64,000 nt of DNA from Tubulanus polymorphus (GCF_964204645.1 NC_134026.1:18634150-18698149), one strand, 5' to 3'; shown: positions 37,186 through 50,222, counted from the stretch's first letter. Notes: a model not told the origin generated them from the letters alone. A program made the numbers and translations.

Positions 37186-38097
37186 CAGTGGAGCTCAGAC
37201 CACTATTCCAAAGTCTTCTATATCCTATAGTAAACGCATTAACGTGGTTTTCGCCCCACATACCCAACCTAACTTTTATAGATGTCCCCCAACACCAGGT
37301 ACACCCGTACATTGGAGCCGAATTTCGCAGGGAGTCCCCAATGTGTTTAGTACTATCACTCCATTGAAAATAGTTCCAAGAAATCCGTGATTTTATTATC
37401 AATTTGTCTCACAGTACCTATAGATTTTATACATATAACATTTTACCGTCACGTCTTCTATTTGTGTAACCATGGCAACTTAAATGGGAAACCTGCAGTT
37501 GATTTTAGGTACTATTTTTGGGGTCCTGCACTACGCGTCTTCAGCAAATCACCAAGGCGTCAGAAGTTTCTGGAAGATATTCTGACCTAATTGTGGTCTG
37601 GCATCAGACCACAATTAGGTTAGTAGCTCGAAGATGCGTAGGGCCGGACCCCAAAAATAGTACCTAGAGTGAAGAAGAGGTCCCCTATAAATGTTGCCAT
37701 AATTTCTGCAAATGGGATAGGTAACGAATTTCGGTTATATGTATGAAATCCATTGATCCTGAGAGACAGCTTGATGATGAAATAAGGGATTCCCTGGACT
37801 TTTTTTGCTTGGAGTAAGGGTACCAAACACGGTGGGGGATTCCCTTAGATATTTGGCTCGGATGTACTGGCATACCTGTACTGGGATACCCCTCCTTTCT
37901 AAAGGTTTGATTATTTCAAAAGTTAGGTTGGGTATGTGGGGCGAAAACCACTTCAATGCGTACCTAAGATGCTGGCCTATGAGCCATAAGCAGGATTTCC
38001 CCTGAATTTACGCGCTTATATATGAACTAAACTCTCGAATTTCTTGTTTTTACTATAGGATATAGAAGATTTTGGAATAGTGGTCTGAGCTCCACTG
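37186..38097. repeat. Fold-back element with long imperfect inverted arms (37186-~37540 and ~37629-38097)
   Basis: CAGTGGAGCTCAGACCACTATTCCAAA at 37186 and its reverse complement ending at 38097. Several internal blocks also pair. No TSD found. Confidence 0.75.
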
Positions 38098-39985
38098 AGA
38101 AGAGTGATCAGAGGTTTAGGGTTTAGTGCCTAGGGGGTGGATGGCTCAATAGGATAGAGCACTGCGCTAGTACTCATCATGTGCTTGGGTGTTCGATTCG
38201 CAATTTTTGGCCCCAACCACATGATGAGTGAGACATTCTGAAGCTAGTAGAACAGTGATTTGTAATTCGTTCCAACTAACAGATATTCGGTTTCACTTAG
38301 TTCAACTAAGGTCGACTAACTCCGATAACCGAAGTTTACCCAGGTTAGGCCTACTGACTGACTTGGCCTGCTATACTATTTCAACTTGTCAAGCAAAGTT
38401 GGAGCTGTAGTACACACCGGCAAAGAGGATTAGGATTTTCTAGATAAGAAAAGGAATTTAAAGTTCATACGCACCTGACTTAGTTGAGAAGCCGATGACG
38501 AACGAGTGAGTGAACGTCGACGATAATGCTGAATCGATGGCGGGGATATCTTGATGGCTCATAGGCTGGCTTTCTGAATCAAAATCCATCCTTGACACAA
38601 CAGTGATTTCACGGTTCCTGATTTCACAGCGCACATTCACAGATCCACGCCACACGACTTCCTTGCACACAATGTGTTCGTTCAGGTGTGGTTATTAGGT
38701 CAGATTTCATCACAGCCCAGAAGTTCACCGCGCACAACGGATACGGTCATGTATTGACAGGTGCAGACGTGCATATCGGTTTTAACAGCTCGATTAAAAT
38801 ACAGACTTACATTATTTCCCGTAAAACGGCAACACTGGGTTTACCCAGGTATTTGACCCCCGATGCAACCGATTAAATCTGTTTTTACCAGGTGTCTTCC
38901 GAATGACAACAGAAAAACGGAAAAGTATTAACCTGCTATTTCCGGAACTTACAATTTTATTTTGTTTTTACGGAACTAATAGAAACAGAATCCCACGGAT
39001 ATTCAGTTAATAAATGCATAAATCGAAAAATGATGAATAAATCCTTTTTAGGATGTAAAAATGTTGAGGATTTATTGGACTAGCCTGAAGTATACGGAGC
39101 CACCTTAATTATTATTTACAGTGTGTGTTTGAAGTGACAAGTTCCTTCAACCAATATCTTAGTGAAACACTAGATGACCGTTGCCAGTGATCGATTCACT
39201 CTTAGAATTGTTTATACACATGAGTGTTGCTAGCGATTAATTTTCAGATTTCATCCTGCAACAAATTAAATGCAAAATTCGCCTTCTGCCCATTTCCCAG
39301 ATTTTAATGCCTTAGTTCTTTCCCCATGGCAATTTTGCCAGTTTTAGCTGAAGTTCAGAGATATTCCCATATTTCATAACACCCAAATTATTTATAACAC
39401 CACATAAACCATTAATTTACAATGGTGCATTGACTGTATTTTTTCAATTAAGATTTTCAAAGCAATTACTATTGAGCTTACCTTTGGACAAACTCCAATG
39501 TTTTGGAAACACTTTTCGGGTACACTATGTTAAATAACTAAACACCATCTTCATGGCATCTTTCAAACATTTCAATTCATCACACACCACTATACCATTA
39601 ATGATGATGTAAAAAGCAGATGAATCGAAGATTGTCTCTCCTACAAAGGATTCATTAATCAATTTATTCATCTTATCATCTATTTTGTGTAGATTATTAT
39701 GACTATATTACTCAGGATGTTAGTTTGAGTATGTTGATTTTTGCATGAAATTTTTATATAAATTCTAATAAGTTGAATTAAGAAGTAATTATCTAGGGTT
39801 CCTTTCACGTTACAAATGCAGTTTTCGTATTTTTCGACCTCAAGTTTTATTGGGAGTCCAAATATTTATCTGTCCGAAGGACGACCGGAAACTTCGGACT
39901 ATAGTGAACCTTGCAACTAATGAGCCCTCCTCCTTTTTGACAAGAGTTGTTTTGATCACTATTCAAAGGACATATTTTTCAGTTA

Positions 39986-40158
39986 CAGTAGACTACGCCC
40001 AAGTCGGATCTGATCAACTCGGATAACCGTTCCACTCAGATGTTTATCGAAATATTTTTTTGACACTATTTAAAAATACAAAACATCCAACTCGGATATT
40101 ACTCAAGTCGGACACATTTTTACGGTCCCAAAACATCTGATTTGGGTGGAGTCTACTG
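39986..40158. mobile_element. Tc1/mariner-pogo-type MITE (173 bp)
   Basis: TIR CAGTAGACTACGCCCAAGTCGGAT / ATCTGATTTGGGTGGAGTCTACTG, flanked by TA on both sides. Confidence 0.8.
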
Positions 40159-41534
40159 TATATATATTAGAATTCACTTATTACTGCTACGAATGGTGTT
40201 GTTGGTTTGTTAATATCTCTCTCTATTTTCTCTCTGTTACTGTCAATCTGAAAGGTGTACACAAATCTTGAAAATGGCAAAATGTGCAAGTTGGATCACA
40301 TCTGACCTTTGCATCTTATCTAACTGAGAATTCTGACTTACGTATAAAATTACAGAATACAAATGTTGAGACTTCATTCCTATAAAGCATCAGTATGAAT
40401 GACTCGTACGGATCTGACACAAGAACCAAGGGCGACATATGATTCATTTGGTCAAAATAAGATCATTACTCATATGCAACAAATTCAGAGAAAAGGCTTC
40501 TCAAAGACATAATGTACATTAACAGCAGTGATGTGGCTCTTTTGTTTTTTTTTCATGAATTCAAATATGCGGTTAGCCATGTTAAATAAACATCAATTGA
40601 TGTATCTGTTAACATTTCAAAATGATTGAAGAAATGTTCTTTTTCAAATAAGAAAGGAAAATTATCCTTTATCAATTTCACACTTTCACACTCGAGAATC
40701 ATTTTCCGCTGTAAAAGATGTTTCCTTCATCAGTTTATCAACTAATTCTCTATTTCTGATCTCCTTGAAAAATTCATCAATAAGAACCTTCCTTTTTGCC
40801 AACATTTCTGTTTTATTTTCAACACTTTTTGGCAAAAAATGGCATAACCGTAACGATTAACTGTCTTTGTTTTCTTCTTTGACACTTCAACGAACCCCTT
40901 CGTTGATGTTGATAAACCTCGCTTGTTACCACGTTTTTCGTTAGCTATTCTGTTGAGGACTGATGTCACTAAGGAAGCGCAACCACCTACTACAGGATCC
41001 GCAAATGAGTTTGGTGATTCCTCGCATATGCGTTGGCAGATAGAAATTACAGCATCTTTTTTTCGGTTTAAGCAATAACGATGAACATTTTTTGAGGATT
41101 TTTATCAGTCTGGATTTTTATCATAGTAAGTCGCTCCGTGTAATTTGGTCTCCTCTTTTCACGCATTGTTCGAGTTATTTCATAAGGAAATTTATCATAT
41201 GGGATAACAAATGAATGAGTCCACCGAAACGACAACGGACTTGGACTTGGGCTGCTAAATGATGAATCAGTATCTGTATCCTCTGAAAAATTGATCGTTA
41301 TTATTAATTGATCTCAAATGTACTGAAAAAAGTCATGTGATATTCAGGTATTAAAGATTCCATACTCCATTAAAATAAAGACCATATGATAGGACAATTG
41401 TTTGATACCAGAACTTAGATTAGTAACAGTTGTAAGAATTTGCAGTGACAATGGGTAAGGGGTGCTTACTCTAAATTATACATGGAAACTGTGGAATGCA
41501 AACTGTCAAGAGAATTTTATCTAAACTGGACTCC

Positions 41535-41970
41535 TATAAAACAATCAAAACCCCACCCGAGGTAAGATGATATCTTATAGACCTCATTAATTCATACAGC
41601 ATCCTCCCTCTGCAGGGATTCGAACCTGATGGCATCGCTACACTCAGCCACGGCACGAACCCCTGCCACACTATGACTAGACCGGGTGCGCAGGTACATG
41701 CGCAGATTTGCCGCACGAAAACTTGCGGCACCTATCAGATTATTCGTTGTATAATCGCTGTGGTAATTGTCACGGAAGAACTATACATGGGAAAACCCGG
41801 GTTAAAATAAAACGGGATTTCTGATTGGCTAATAATGACATCATCTAACCTGCGCACTCGGTCTAGCGTGGCAGGGTTTTGTACCGTGGCAATCTCCATG
41901 CCATCAGTTTCGAATCCCCGCCGGGGGGATGATCATACAGAGGGAGTTTATACTTACCCTGAGAAGAACA
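41535..41970. repeat. Inverted pair of tRNA-like (SINE-head-like) repeats, or TIRs of a small element
   Basis: 41535-41695 (minus) and 41848-41970 (plus) share ACCTGCGCAC..GGTCTAG..GTGGCAGGG and a B-box-like TTCGAATCCC. Confidence 0.55.
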
Positions 41971-42222
41971 GAGAGTTTCTTTGGTACTCGTACTACATGT
42001 CATAGCTGGATCATCTTCCATTTACATTTCTTTTGGACACAAAAGCATCAATCTGGTTCGCAGAGGGTATCTCCACTAATATGTCATCTTCATCGACGGG
42101 CGTCCCATCATCTTCAGTAACAATCGGTATATCATTATCATGCACAACTGGTACAATATTCAACTTCTTTCGTGCTGCAAGGAAACATGAATTCTATAAT
42201 CAAAAACAAGAAGCTAACTTAA

Positions 42223-42407
42223 GGCCCTTCAAAGTTGATAACTTGTTTCTCATCAAATCGCGAAGTCGCCCGCGTCACTCCCGAAAGAAAAAAATGAAAA
42301 TAAAATAATATAGTCCGAAACCCGCTCATAAACAAAAAATTCGCCCGCCGTTGTCAGCTCTAGAAAAGAGGTTTGGATGAGAAACAAGGTATCAACTTTG
42401 AAGGGCC
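42223..42407. mobile_element. PIF/Harbinger-type MITE (185 bp)
   Basis: ~32-bp TIR GGCCCTTCAAAGTTGATA.CTTGTTTCTCATC, flanked by TAA on both sides. Confidence 0.8.
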
Positions 42408-43299
42408 TAACAAGAAAAGGTACAAGTCAAATCAAATGCCCGCCTTTTGTTTTTCGATGAGGCTTTCCAATAATTTATTTTGATATCATGGTTTTCCCCA
42501 TTACGTCAGAAGCCCCGAAATTCCTTCATATTCCAAAACCAGCCACCACATTCACTTGTAGAGACGACGCCCCAATCAAGGTCATTGCAATTTTACATGC
42601 ACGGGCTAAGAATTTTCCTGCCAAAAAGTTTTTCGAGAAACTTTAACAAAGCTGACAATGTCATCGACGGAGGTTCCGCATGTCTTCAATCGCATCAATT
42701 ATACGTCGTTTAGGCAGAGAACCAATGAAACAAATGGTGACATAAAAAACGTACCGCGATTTTACATAATTGGGTCATTGCCAACTCCATTATCGCTACC
42801 AAAGGTAAACCAAAAAACCTGCAGTGATAATTATGAAGTTCATCAATAACTTCAGAGCCATCAATAGGCTAATGATTAAAATTTTAATCATGATGATAGC
42901 TGAGCTTGGATATGCTTGCCAATAAACACTGCAGGTTTTTCATTATTAATAATAACGAAGACAACGTACAAAAAGAATACAGAAGACAAACACTACCTTT
43001 CTCAATGATTTCAATGAGGTTAGTTGCCACGATCATACACTTTTTCGTACGGGAGCTGTTCCAAATTTTGTACAACGGCATGTTTTGAACCTGTAAGTAT
43101 CAAAATCTTTTTGTATTATAAGATTCCAAAAGTTCGACAAGAGTACAGTTAAGATCTATCTTGTAACAAACCTTTAATAAAAACTGAATTTAGAACTGTG
43201 AGCCACTGTGAACCAATCCTACTCCAAAATTGAATGGTGAACTGCGAAAAGCTGTTTTCCTTCTAAGTTGTATACGACTAATGGAAATTTATCAATTAA

Positions 43300-44900
43300 G
43301 GAACTCCAATCACAACACTTGATAATATTAGCATCTATGTTTCCAACAATTTCAAATAACCCCAGTTCTTCACAAAATTCTGCCTAAACAACAGATACTA
43401 GAATATGGACTCTATCAGAATCTACCAGCATGTTTCTTATTTGACCCAATGTCAGACAACCAATATCTTTTTCTAAAACAATATATAGTCCAGTTGTGTA
43501 CAAAATATTCGTCACACTTACAGATTCAGCCATTAGGATGGATCCATTGGAGTGGTTACCGCATTGTTTTATGATACGAACAACTGCATCATTATGCATA
43601 TCCATGTGGAGAGAAATAGCTTTTTCAACAGTAAAAGAATGGCCAAACATATCAACCTCGTGTGTTACCAAACAAAATCTGCAGAAATGAGGAACAGTAC
43701 TGAAGTTTTCTGCAAATCCACCAACAGTCCTAAATTATCCCCAATTGTGGATAGAAGGACACATTTAATATTTTTTTGTATCAACTGAATTGATGGGAAC
43801 ATCAATACCATCTTTTTCCATCTTTAACAAATCATTTATCAATGGCCGCAGAACTTTATTAGGAGTAAAGTTTTTAAAATCATTTTCCCTGATTAATCCT
43901 ATTAATTGAAGGGAATCGACATTTGACCTAAAATGTGGTTGGATGTTTGCAACATTAAAATATATACCAATCAGCTTATGCTTTTTAGCAGCAGATCCTA
44001 AAGGATTAGCAATTTCAAATCCATCCTGATAAATCATGAGACAAACTGGATTGTCCTTATCTTGAACCAAACATAAGTCTTTGTTAATTTGACCATCTAA
44101 GACATCAGAAAAGATATTAGGATTTTACCTTTTTAATTAACATTGGTTTTGCATGGCATCTCGATGAAACAGTAGCCTCAACGAGTCCACTATGGGAACA
44201 TAATAAAAATAACGCTCAACGTTATCAGAATCGCGTCCTAATTTGACAGCTTCTGGGGAAACAAAGTTAAAATATTTTTTATAATATTCGTTTCGTAGAT
44301 AACCAGTTTTCAAAAGGCCTGTCTCCTCATTGTGAACCACATTAAAAACGTCATTTCTAAAACTTGTTTCAATTATTTCATCTAAATTTTCAGTATTTAT
44401 AGTTCCATTTTGAAGTTGTTCCGAGGTATATATACCTCGGAACAATTCAGGTTGTCTCGAGAGTTTTCCGAGGTATTCGGAGTCCACTGTATTAAACTAT
44501 GGAGTCAAAATTGTTGTTTGCACTGCGAATATTTATTGAAAGTATTAAGAATTTCTTATTATGACAAACCGTATAAAAATCGGTTTCGGAAACGTCATTA
44601 CAGGACATGCTAGAAAAGAGAGAGCAGACCATTTTAGAGAGCATTTTAGGGGAAACTTTGGAGAACTATCGCACTGATGATTTTTGGCTCTCAGGTTAAA
44701 TTGTATCTTCTTGTGTGTGGGATTTACAACGAAAAATTTGTTAAATATATATTGTTGAAATTAAAGTTGAGTATCATCATGTTTCTGTGTTCGTGGTCGA
44801 CTTTCTCGCCAGGGACCGGTGTTTGCAATAGGGAAGAACGACAAGAGAGAAAGGGACCGCGGAATTTACATTGAATTCAGTTCATATCCATTTAACTGCA
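43300..44900 (-). pseudogene. Degenerate EnSpm/CACTA-like (CMC) transposase; host site of P2
   Basis: YQDGFEIANPLGS..KHKLIGIYF..NI.P.FRS and IGDNLG motifs. A possible second-ORF remnant (N.VYPK..SKTLEFVQR) lies at ~39480-39600. Confidence 0.65.
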
Positions 44901-44909
44901 GCAATGGTC

Positions 44910-45340
44910 AGTAATAGGGGTAAATGGCTTTCAGGCCAAAGGTCGAAGGGTCGAGCTCGTAAAAAAAATGAAAATAACAATAATTTACAGTTGAATTAGT
45001 CGCGCGCACTCCTAATTCAACTGTAAATTATTGTTATTTTCATTTTTTACTCACTCGCCCCCTCAACCTTTAACCTGAAAGGCCATTACCCCTATTACTC
45101 TTAAAATATTCATATACATGGATAAAATATTTATGAATAACATATAAATTGATAGATTATTCAATATAAAAGTGTGAGTAAAGTGTGAGCTCTTATAGAA
45201 TAGATATATAGATATATTTTAAACATTATTTCAATATTTATATTTGTATGAGTTAGATTTTTAAACATTAAAAGTGTTTGTAAAGTGTGATTGAAATAAT
45301 TCATATTTAAATCATTGAACTTCTAAAATCAATTTAGTAA
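44910..45340 (+). repeat. P2 left TIR; the outer 44910-45099 is a 190-bp imperfect palindrome
   Basis: Terminal motif recurs inverted, ending at 45099; apex near 45003. Pairs with 61183-61427. Confidence 0.9.
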
Positions 45341-45357
45341 AACAATTTGATATTAAA

Positions 45358-46011
45358 ATGAAACCAGAACAACCACAAACTATCAATATTACAAATAACA
45401 CTGGTGCCATAAATAAATACTACAAGAAGTGTTCTAAATGTGAATTAGATAAACCATTTACAGAATTTAATAAGCGTAAGATTAGCAAAGATAGTTTTCA
45501 ATATTGTTGTAAAACTTGCACTAAACTATATACCAAACAATATCGAGAAGATAATAGAGAAGCTTATAATGATTATATGACAGAATATATGAGAGAAAGA
45601 TATCAAACAGAGCTTAATTTTTGATTGAAACAATGCTTAAGATCTAGATTAACACAATTATTCAACAAAGAAACACATTCAGAAACATTATCTAATTTGT
45701 TGGGTTGTACAGAATCATGGATTATATTTCAATTCGACGATAAAATGAACATAGATAATTATGGGGATTATTACCATATTGATCATGTGTTACCAATATC
45801 GAAATTTGATATGAATGATGAATACAATCAAAAGCTAATCTGGAATTGGAAAAACCTGAGACCTCTTGAAAAGAAGGAAAATATTAGGAAAGGAAATGAA
45901 CTAGATTTACAGTTATATTTAGAACAGTTAACAAAGGCAAAGAAATTTATTGAATTATGGAACAATGATCCAAATAATGAACAATACGTTGAATCTTTAA
46001 TGAGTGGTTAA
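45358..46011 (+). pseudogene. P2 Zn-ribbon + HNH endonuclease; stop at 45622-45624
   Basis: HIDHVLP..WKNLRPLEKKENIRKGN. Confidence 0.8.
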
Positions 46012-46234
46012 AGAATAATAGGATTTAAATAAGATATGATAAAAAACAATAACTTCAACTAGCTAGTGAATTCTCTTATATTTTTAATATTTTCTTTTAC
46101 AATTCTTTTCAAAAGAGAATACTTTATATCACAAATAAAAAATACTAAAAAACAATAACTAATACTAAAATTCTTTACCTTTAACTAACAAGTATTAAAA
46201 TATTATATTTTTTTCGCTTTTTTCTCCTATATAA

Positions 46235-46844
46235 ATGTCAAAGAAATCTAATAAGAATAGTATTAATATTGAAAAAAACATTAGATGATTTGGGTATAAG
46301 TGATAATAAAGATACAGTTGTAACTAATTGTGCTCAAGTTAATTGTAATATAGATTATGAATACTATTTATATTGTAAGCATCATCTAGAACTATTGATT
46401 GCTGGAGGGAAATCTAAGGATTTCTTGGGAAAAATAATAACTTTTCAAGAATTAGATTCTATGAAACCAGATAAAGTAATAAAATATTTTAAGATTTATG
46501 AAGAGTCAAGATTAGCCCGAATAAATGATTCTATTTCGGATGGTATTGTCAAATGTTACTCTAAGTTATGTAACCGGTTAATACCAATTGATGATGAAAA
46601 TAAATTATATAGTGATTTGAAAAATGACTATTTAGTTATGACTGAATTACAAAAATGGGTTGGTTACGCTTCATTTCAATTAGGATCGGTTATGACATTT
46701 ATTTCTACTGGTGTCATAACATTTTCGAATATCAAACCTATGGAATATAAATCAGGTAAGAACGAAACAGATGGCGCCGCACGACAACCAAACGGCGAAA
46801 CAGAAAATGAATCAGAACAAAAATTAACTAAAATAAATGAGTGA
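46235..46844 (+). pseudogene. P2 hypothetical protein; frameshift just after the start
   Basis: Ortholog of 7297-7911. Confidence 0.7.
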
Positions 46845-47205
46845 TGGCGTTAAGAAAAAGGTTAGATCTGAGAAACAAATTAAATGGGCAAGAGAATTAG
46901 GTAAAAGATCTGCAGAATTAAAAAAAGCTAAGAAAAAGAAATTAACTGAAATAAATGAGTCACAGACTTTATCTGATATTGATTCAAATAATAATCCATC
47001 TAATGCTTCTAATGCTGGAAGTAATAATTACTTATATATTACAATTGGATTAGTAACAGTTATTATATTATCCGGTGTAATATATAAATCAAAATTCAAA
47101 TCTGATGAAAAAGATGATTCCAATGATAATAAACCTATTATACCAGAAAATAAGCCAAATAATAAAGTCATTGAAACTAAATCTAAATTATCATTAATGG
47201 ATTAA
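46837..47205 (+). CDS. Small basic single-pass membrane protein
   Basis: Intact ORF, ortholog of 7904-8272. Confidence 0.75.
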   Translation: MSDGVKKKVRSEKQIKWARELGKRSAELKKAKKKKLTEINESQTLSDIDSNNNPSNASNAGSNNYLYITIGLVTVIILSGVIYKSKFKSDEKDDSNDNKPIIPENKPNNKVIETKSKLSLMD

Positions 47206-47211
47206 AATAAG

Positions 47212-48300
47212 ATGAAAAAAGAACAATATTTAAGAGATTTATATTATAACCCAGAAAGTGAAGTATCATATTCTAACGTTTCAGAATTATGGGATAAAAT
47301 TAAATCTGATAATGAAAATATAAAATATAGTGAATTAAAATCATGGTTACAAAACCAACCAACATATCAAATCCATAAGAAAATGGATAAAACTTATTTA
47401 ACAAGAAAAGTTATGGTTTCATATATCGATCAACAATGGCAAGCAGATTTAATTGATATGAAGAACTTAGAGGAATACAACAAAGGATATTTCTGGATAT
47501 TAAATGTTATAGATATATTCAGTAGATACGCATGGTCAATTCCAATCAAAAATTAAACTGGAATAGAAGTAACAAATGCTTTTAAATCAATATTTAAAGA
47601 AGCTATTCCAGATAAGATACAATTTGATGAAGGTAAGGATTTTTATAATAAACATTTTTAAAAACTATTATCTGATAACGATGTAGATTATTTTTCAACA
47701 CACTCAGATAAAAAAGCATCTATTATAGAAAGATTTAATAAAACATTGAAAATTAAAATGTGGAAATATTTTACTGCTAATGAAACATATAAATATATCG
47801 ATGAGTCTATAAATATGTTAGATGATTTAGTGAAAGGTTATAATAATTCTAAACATAGTTCTATAAATATGAAACCTATACAAGCTAGAAAAGAAGATAA
47901 TTCAGAAATAGTTTGGAATAATTTATATGGTGCGTTTGTTACATATGATTTTGGTGAACCTAAATTAAAAATAGGACAACACGTTAGAATATCTAAATAT
48001 AGAAAAACATTTTATAAAGGTTATACCCCTAATTTTACTGAAGAAATATTCAAGATTAAAAAGATAATATTAACTAAACCTTTTGTTTATAAACTAGAAG
48101 ATCTAAAAGATGAAGAAATATTAGGTTATTTCTATGAACAAGAATTATCACTTGCCCCAAATCCAGATGAAACAGAATACAAAATAGAAAAAGTATTGAA
48201 AACAAAAACTCTTAAAGGAAAAAAGTATTCTTTGGTGAAATATAAAGGGTATGATGATAAATTTAATGAATGGATTTATCTAGTAAAATTAAAAGAATAA
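47212..48300 (+). pseudogene. P2 DDE integrase + chromodomain; stop at 47554-47556 and a frameshift near 47660
   Basis: WQADLIDM; C-terminal YKIEKVL..LVKYKGY..KFNEWI chromodomain. Confidence 0.9.
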
Positions 48301-48912
48301 ATGAATAAAGATTTATTTATATTTGAACCGCATAATATGTTAGTTACTGGAGTAACCAATTGTGGTAAAACACATTTCATATTAGATTTGTTAGAAACTA
48401 TATATAAGAATCATTTTGATTATATAATATTATTTTGTCCTACTTATGAAATGAATAAAACATATAATAGAGATATAGTTAAGATGAAAAAGTTTATTAC
48501 ATTAAATCCTAAAACAGTAAAAGAAAATTTAGATAATTGTATTAAAATAGCAATTGATACTTATAAAGGATTAAATACATTATTCATTACAGATGATTGC
48601 GCAAATTTACATGATTCAAAAGTGAGAGAAAGTGAGTTATGTTATCTGGCTTTCTCTGGGAGACATTTTGGGATAACAACATGGGTTTTAAATCAAAAAT
48701 ATAATTCAATTGTTAAAGACTTTAGGGAGAATATAAGATTTCTAGTTTTATTTTATAACAAAGATAGAAAATCTATGCAACAATCATTGGAAGAAAATCA
48801 AATTATACCTACTGAGTTACATGATGAATATATGAATAAATCAAAGAATAATAAAGGTTCAAAATTATTACTGAGGCTTCAATTTCCATATGAATATAAA
48901 TTTATAAAATAA
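48301..48912 (+). CDS. A32/FtsK-like DNA packaging ATPase (intact)
   Basis: Walker A GVTNCGKT, Walker B FITDD, GRHFG..Q. Confidence 0.9.
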   Translation: MNKDLFIFEPHNMLVTGVTNCGKTHFILDLLETIYKNHFDYIILFCPTYEMNKTYNRDIVKMKKFITLNPKTVKENLDNCIKIAIDTYKGLNTLFITDDCANLHDSKVRESELCYLAFSGRHFGITTWVLNQKYNSIVKDFRENIRFLVLFYNKDRKSMQQSLEENQIIPTELHDEYMNKSKNNKGSKLLLRLQFPYEYKFIK

Positions 48913-49300
48913 GATATTTTAAGTATTTATGTATTAGGTATGTATTAGGTATGTATTAGGTATGTATTAGGTATGTATTAGGTATGTTTTAGATACGCAT
49001 TAGATACCTTAATACTTAAAACCCCCTTTTTTAAAATAAATATTATTTATACAATTTTCAACCAATTTATTTTTATTTTTTCAACTAATATATGAATAAA
49101 TTAAAGAATAATAAAGGTTCAAAATTATTACTGAGGCTTCAATTTCCATATGAATATAAGTTTATGAAATAAGATATTTTATGTATTAGATTGTATTAGA
49201 TTGTATTAGAATGTATTAGATATGTATTAGATACGTATTAATGCCTTAAATACTTAAAACCCCTTTTTTTATTTACTATTATTTTATACAATTTTCATCC
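48829..49300. repeat. ~260-bp tandem duplication of the ATPase 3' end and spacer, containing an 11-bp tandem repeat
   Basis: 49089-49180 repeats 48829-48920; (TATGTATTAGG)x5 at 48928-48982 with a degenerate version at ~49180-49240. Confidence 0.85.
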
Positions 49301-49307
49301 AATATTA

Positions 49308-50222
49308 TTATTTGAGATAAAAATCACTATCTGAATCACTTTCATAAGGCCCTAACAATTTATTCAAATGCTCTACCGAATCTTCTTCTTCAAATTCTTC
49401 ATTATAATCCTTTTTCATCCTATTTACCGAATCATCAATAGTTACTACTTTATCTTTCGTAAAAAATGTATCCACATTTTCTTTATTATCAATACGCTTT
49501 CCTGTAACTATATTTTCATATAGAGTGTTTGCTCCTAATATTTCATTTACAATGTTTGATCCTAATATTTTTTTAGCAGCAGATAAATCTAATTTACCAT
49601 TACTAGGTTCCTTAGATAAAAATTCACCTAATAAATCTTCATATAATTCTTTACCATTTACTTTTTTATTTGAAACAAACTTTGTAACATATTTAAATGG
49701 GTGTTCTATAAATTCCCTTATACCAACACGTTTTATTACATTAGTCATATGTACATTTGTATTCATATGATTATTCCAATTTGATGGAAAGTTTGAAAAT
49801 TCACCATTACAGTAATCACAATAATTTCTATTTTCACTAATATTTAATATTATTTCATTATTTGATGTAGAAGGTAAAACATTATTTGATGTAGAAGGTA
49901 TTACATTATTTGATGTAGAAGGTATGACATTATTTGATGTAGAAGGTATTACATTATTAGATGTAGAAGGTATTACATTATTAGATGTAGAAGGTAAAAC
50001 ATTATTTGATGTAGAAGGAATATTATCTATAATATCATTAATATTATCTTTTTTATTTATATCATTATAACGCTCAATTAAATATTCTTTGTATTGATTT
50101 AATTCATTTAATAAAAATGTTCCAATATATTCATTTATTCTTTTATAAGGTATTACATAATATAAATTATCATTGATTTCTTTATCAGCTTTTATTCTTT
50201 CATATACTTTACCTCCTTCCAT
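49308..50222 (-). CDS. P2 variable-slot protein with 7 x 8-aa PSTSNNV(I/L) repeats and one C2H2 finger
   Basis: Intact ORF; 24-bp tandem repeat at ~49858-50020; CDYC..H.NTNVH finger. Confidence 0.8.
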   Translation of the reverse strand: MEGGKVYERIKADKEINDNLYYVIPYKRINEYIGTFLLNELNQYKEYLIERYNDINKKDNINDIIDNIPSTSNNVLPSTSNNVIPSTSNNVIPSTSNNVIPSTSNNVIPSTSNNVLPSTSNNEIILNISENRNYCDYCNGEFSNFPSNWNNHMNTNVHMTNVIKRVGIREFIEHPFKYVTKFVSNKKVNGKELYEDLLGEFLSKEPSNGKLDLSAAKKILGSNIVNEILGANTLYENIVTGKRIDNKENVDTFFTKDKVVTIDDSVNRMKKDYNEEFEEEDSVEHLNKLLGPYESDSDSDFYLK

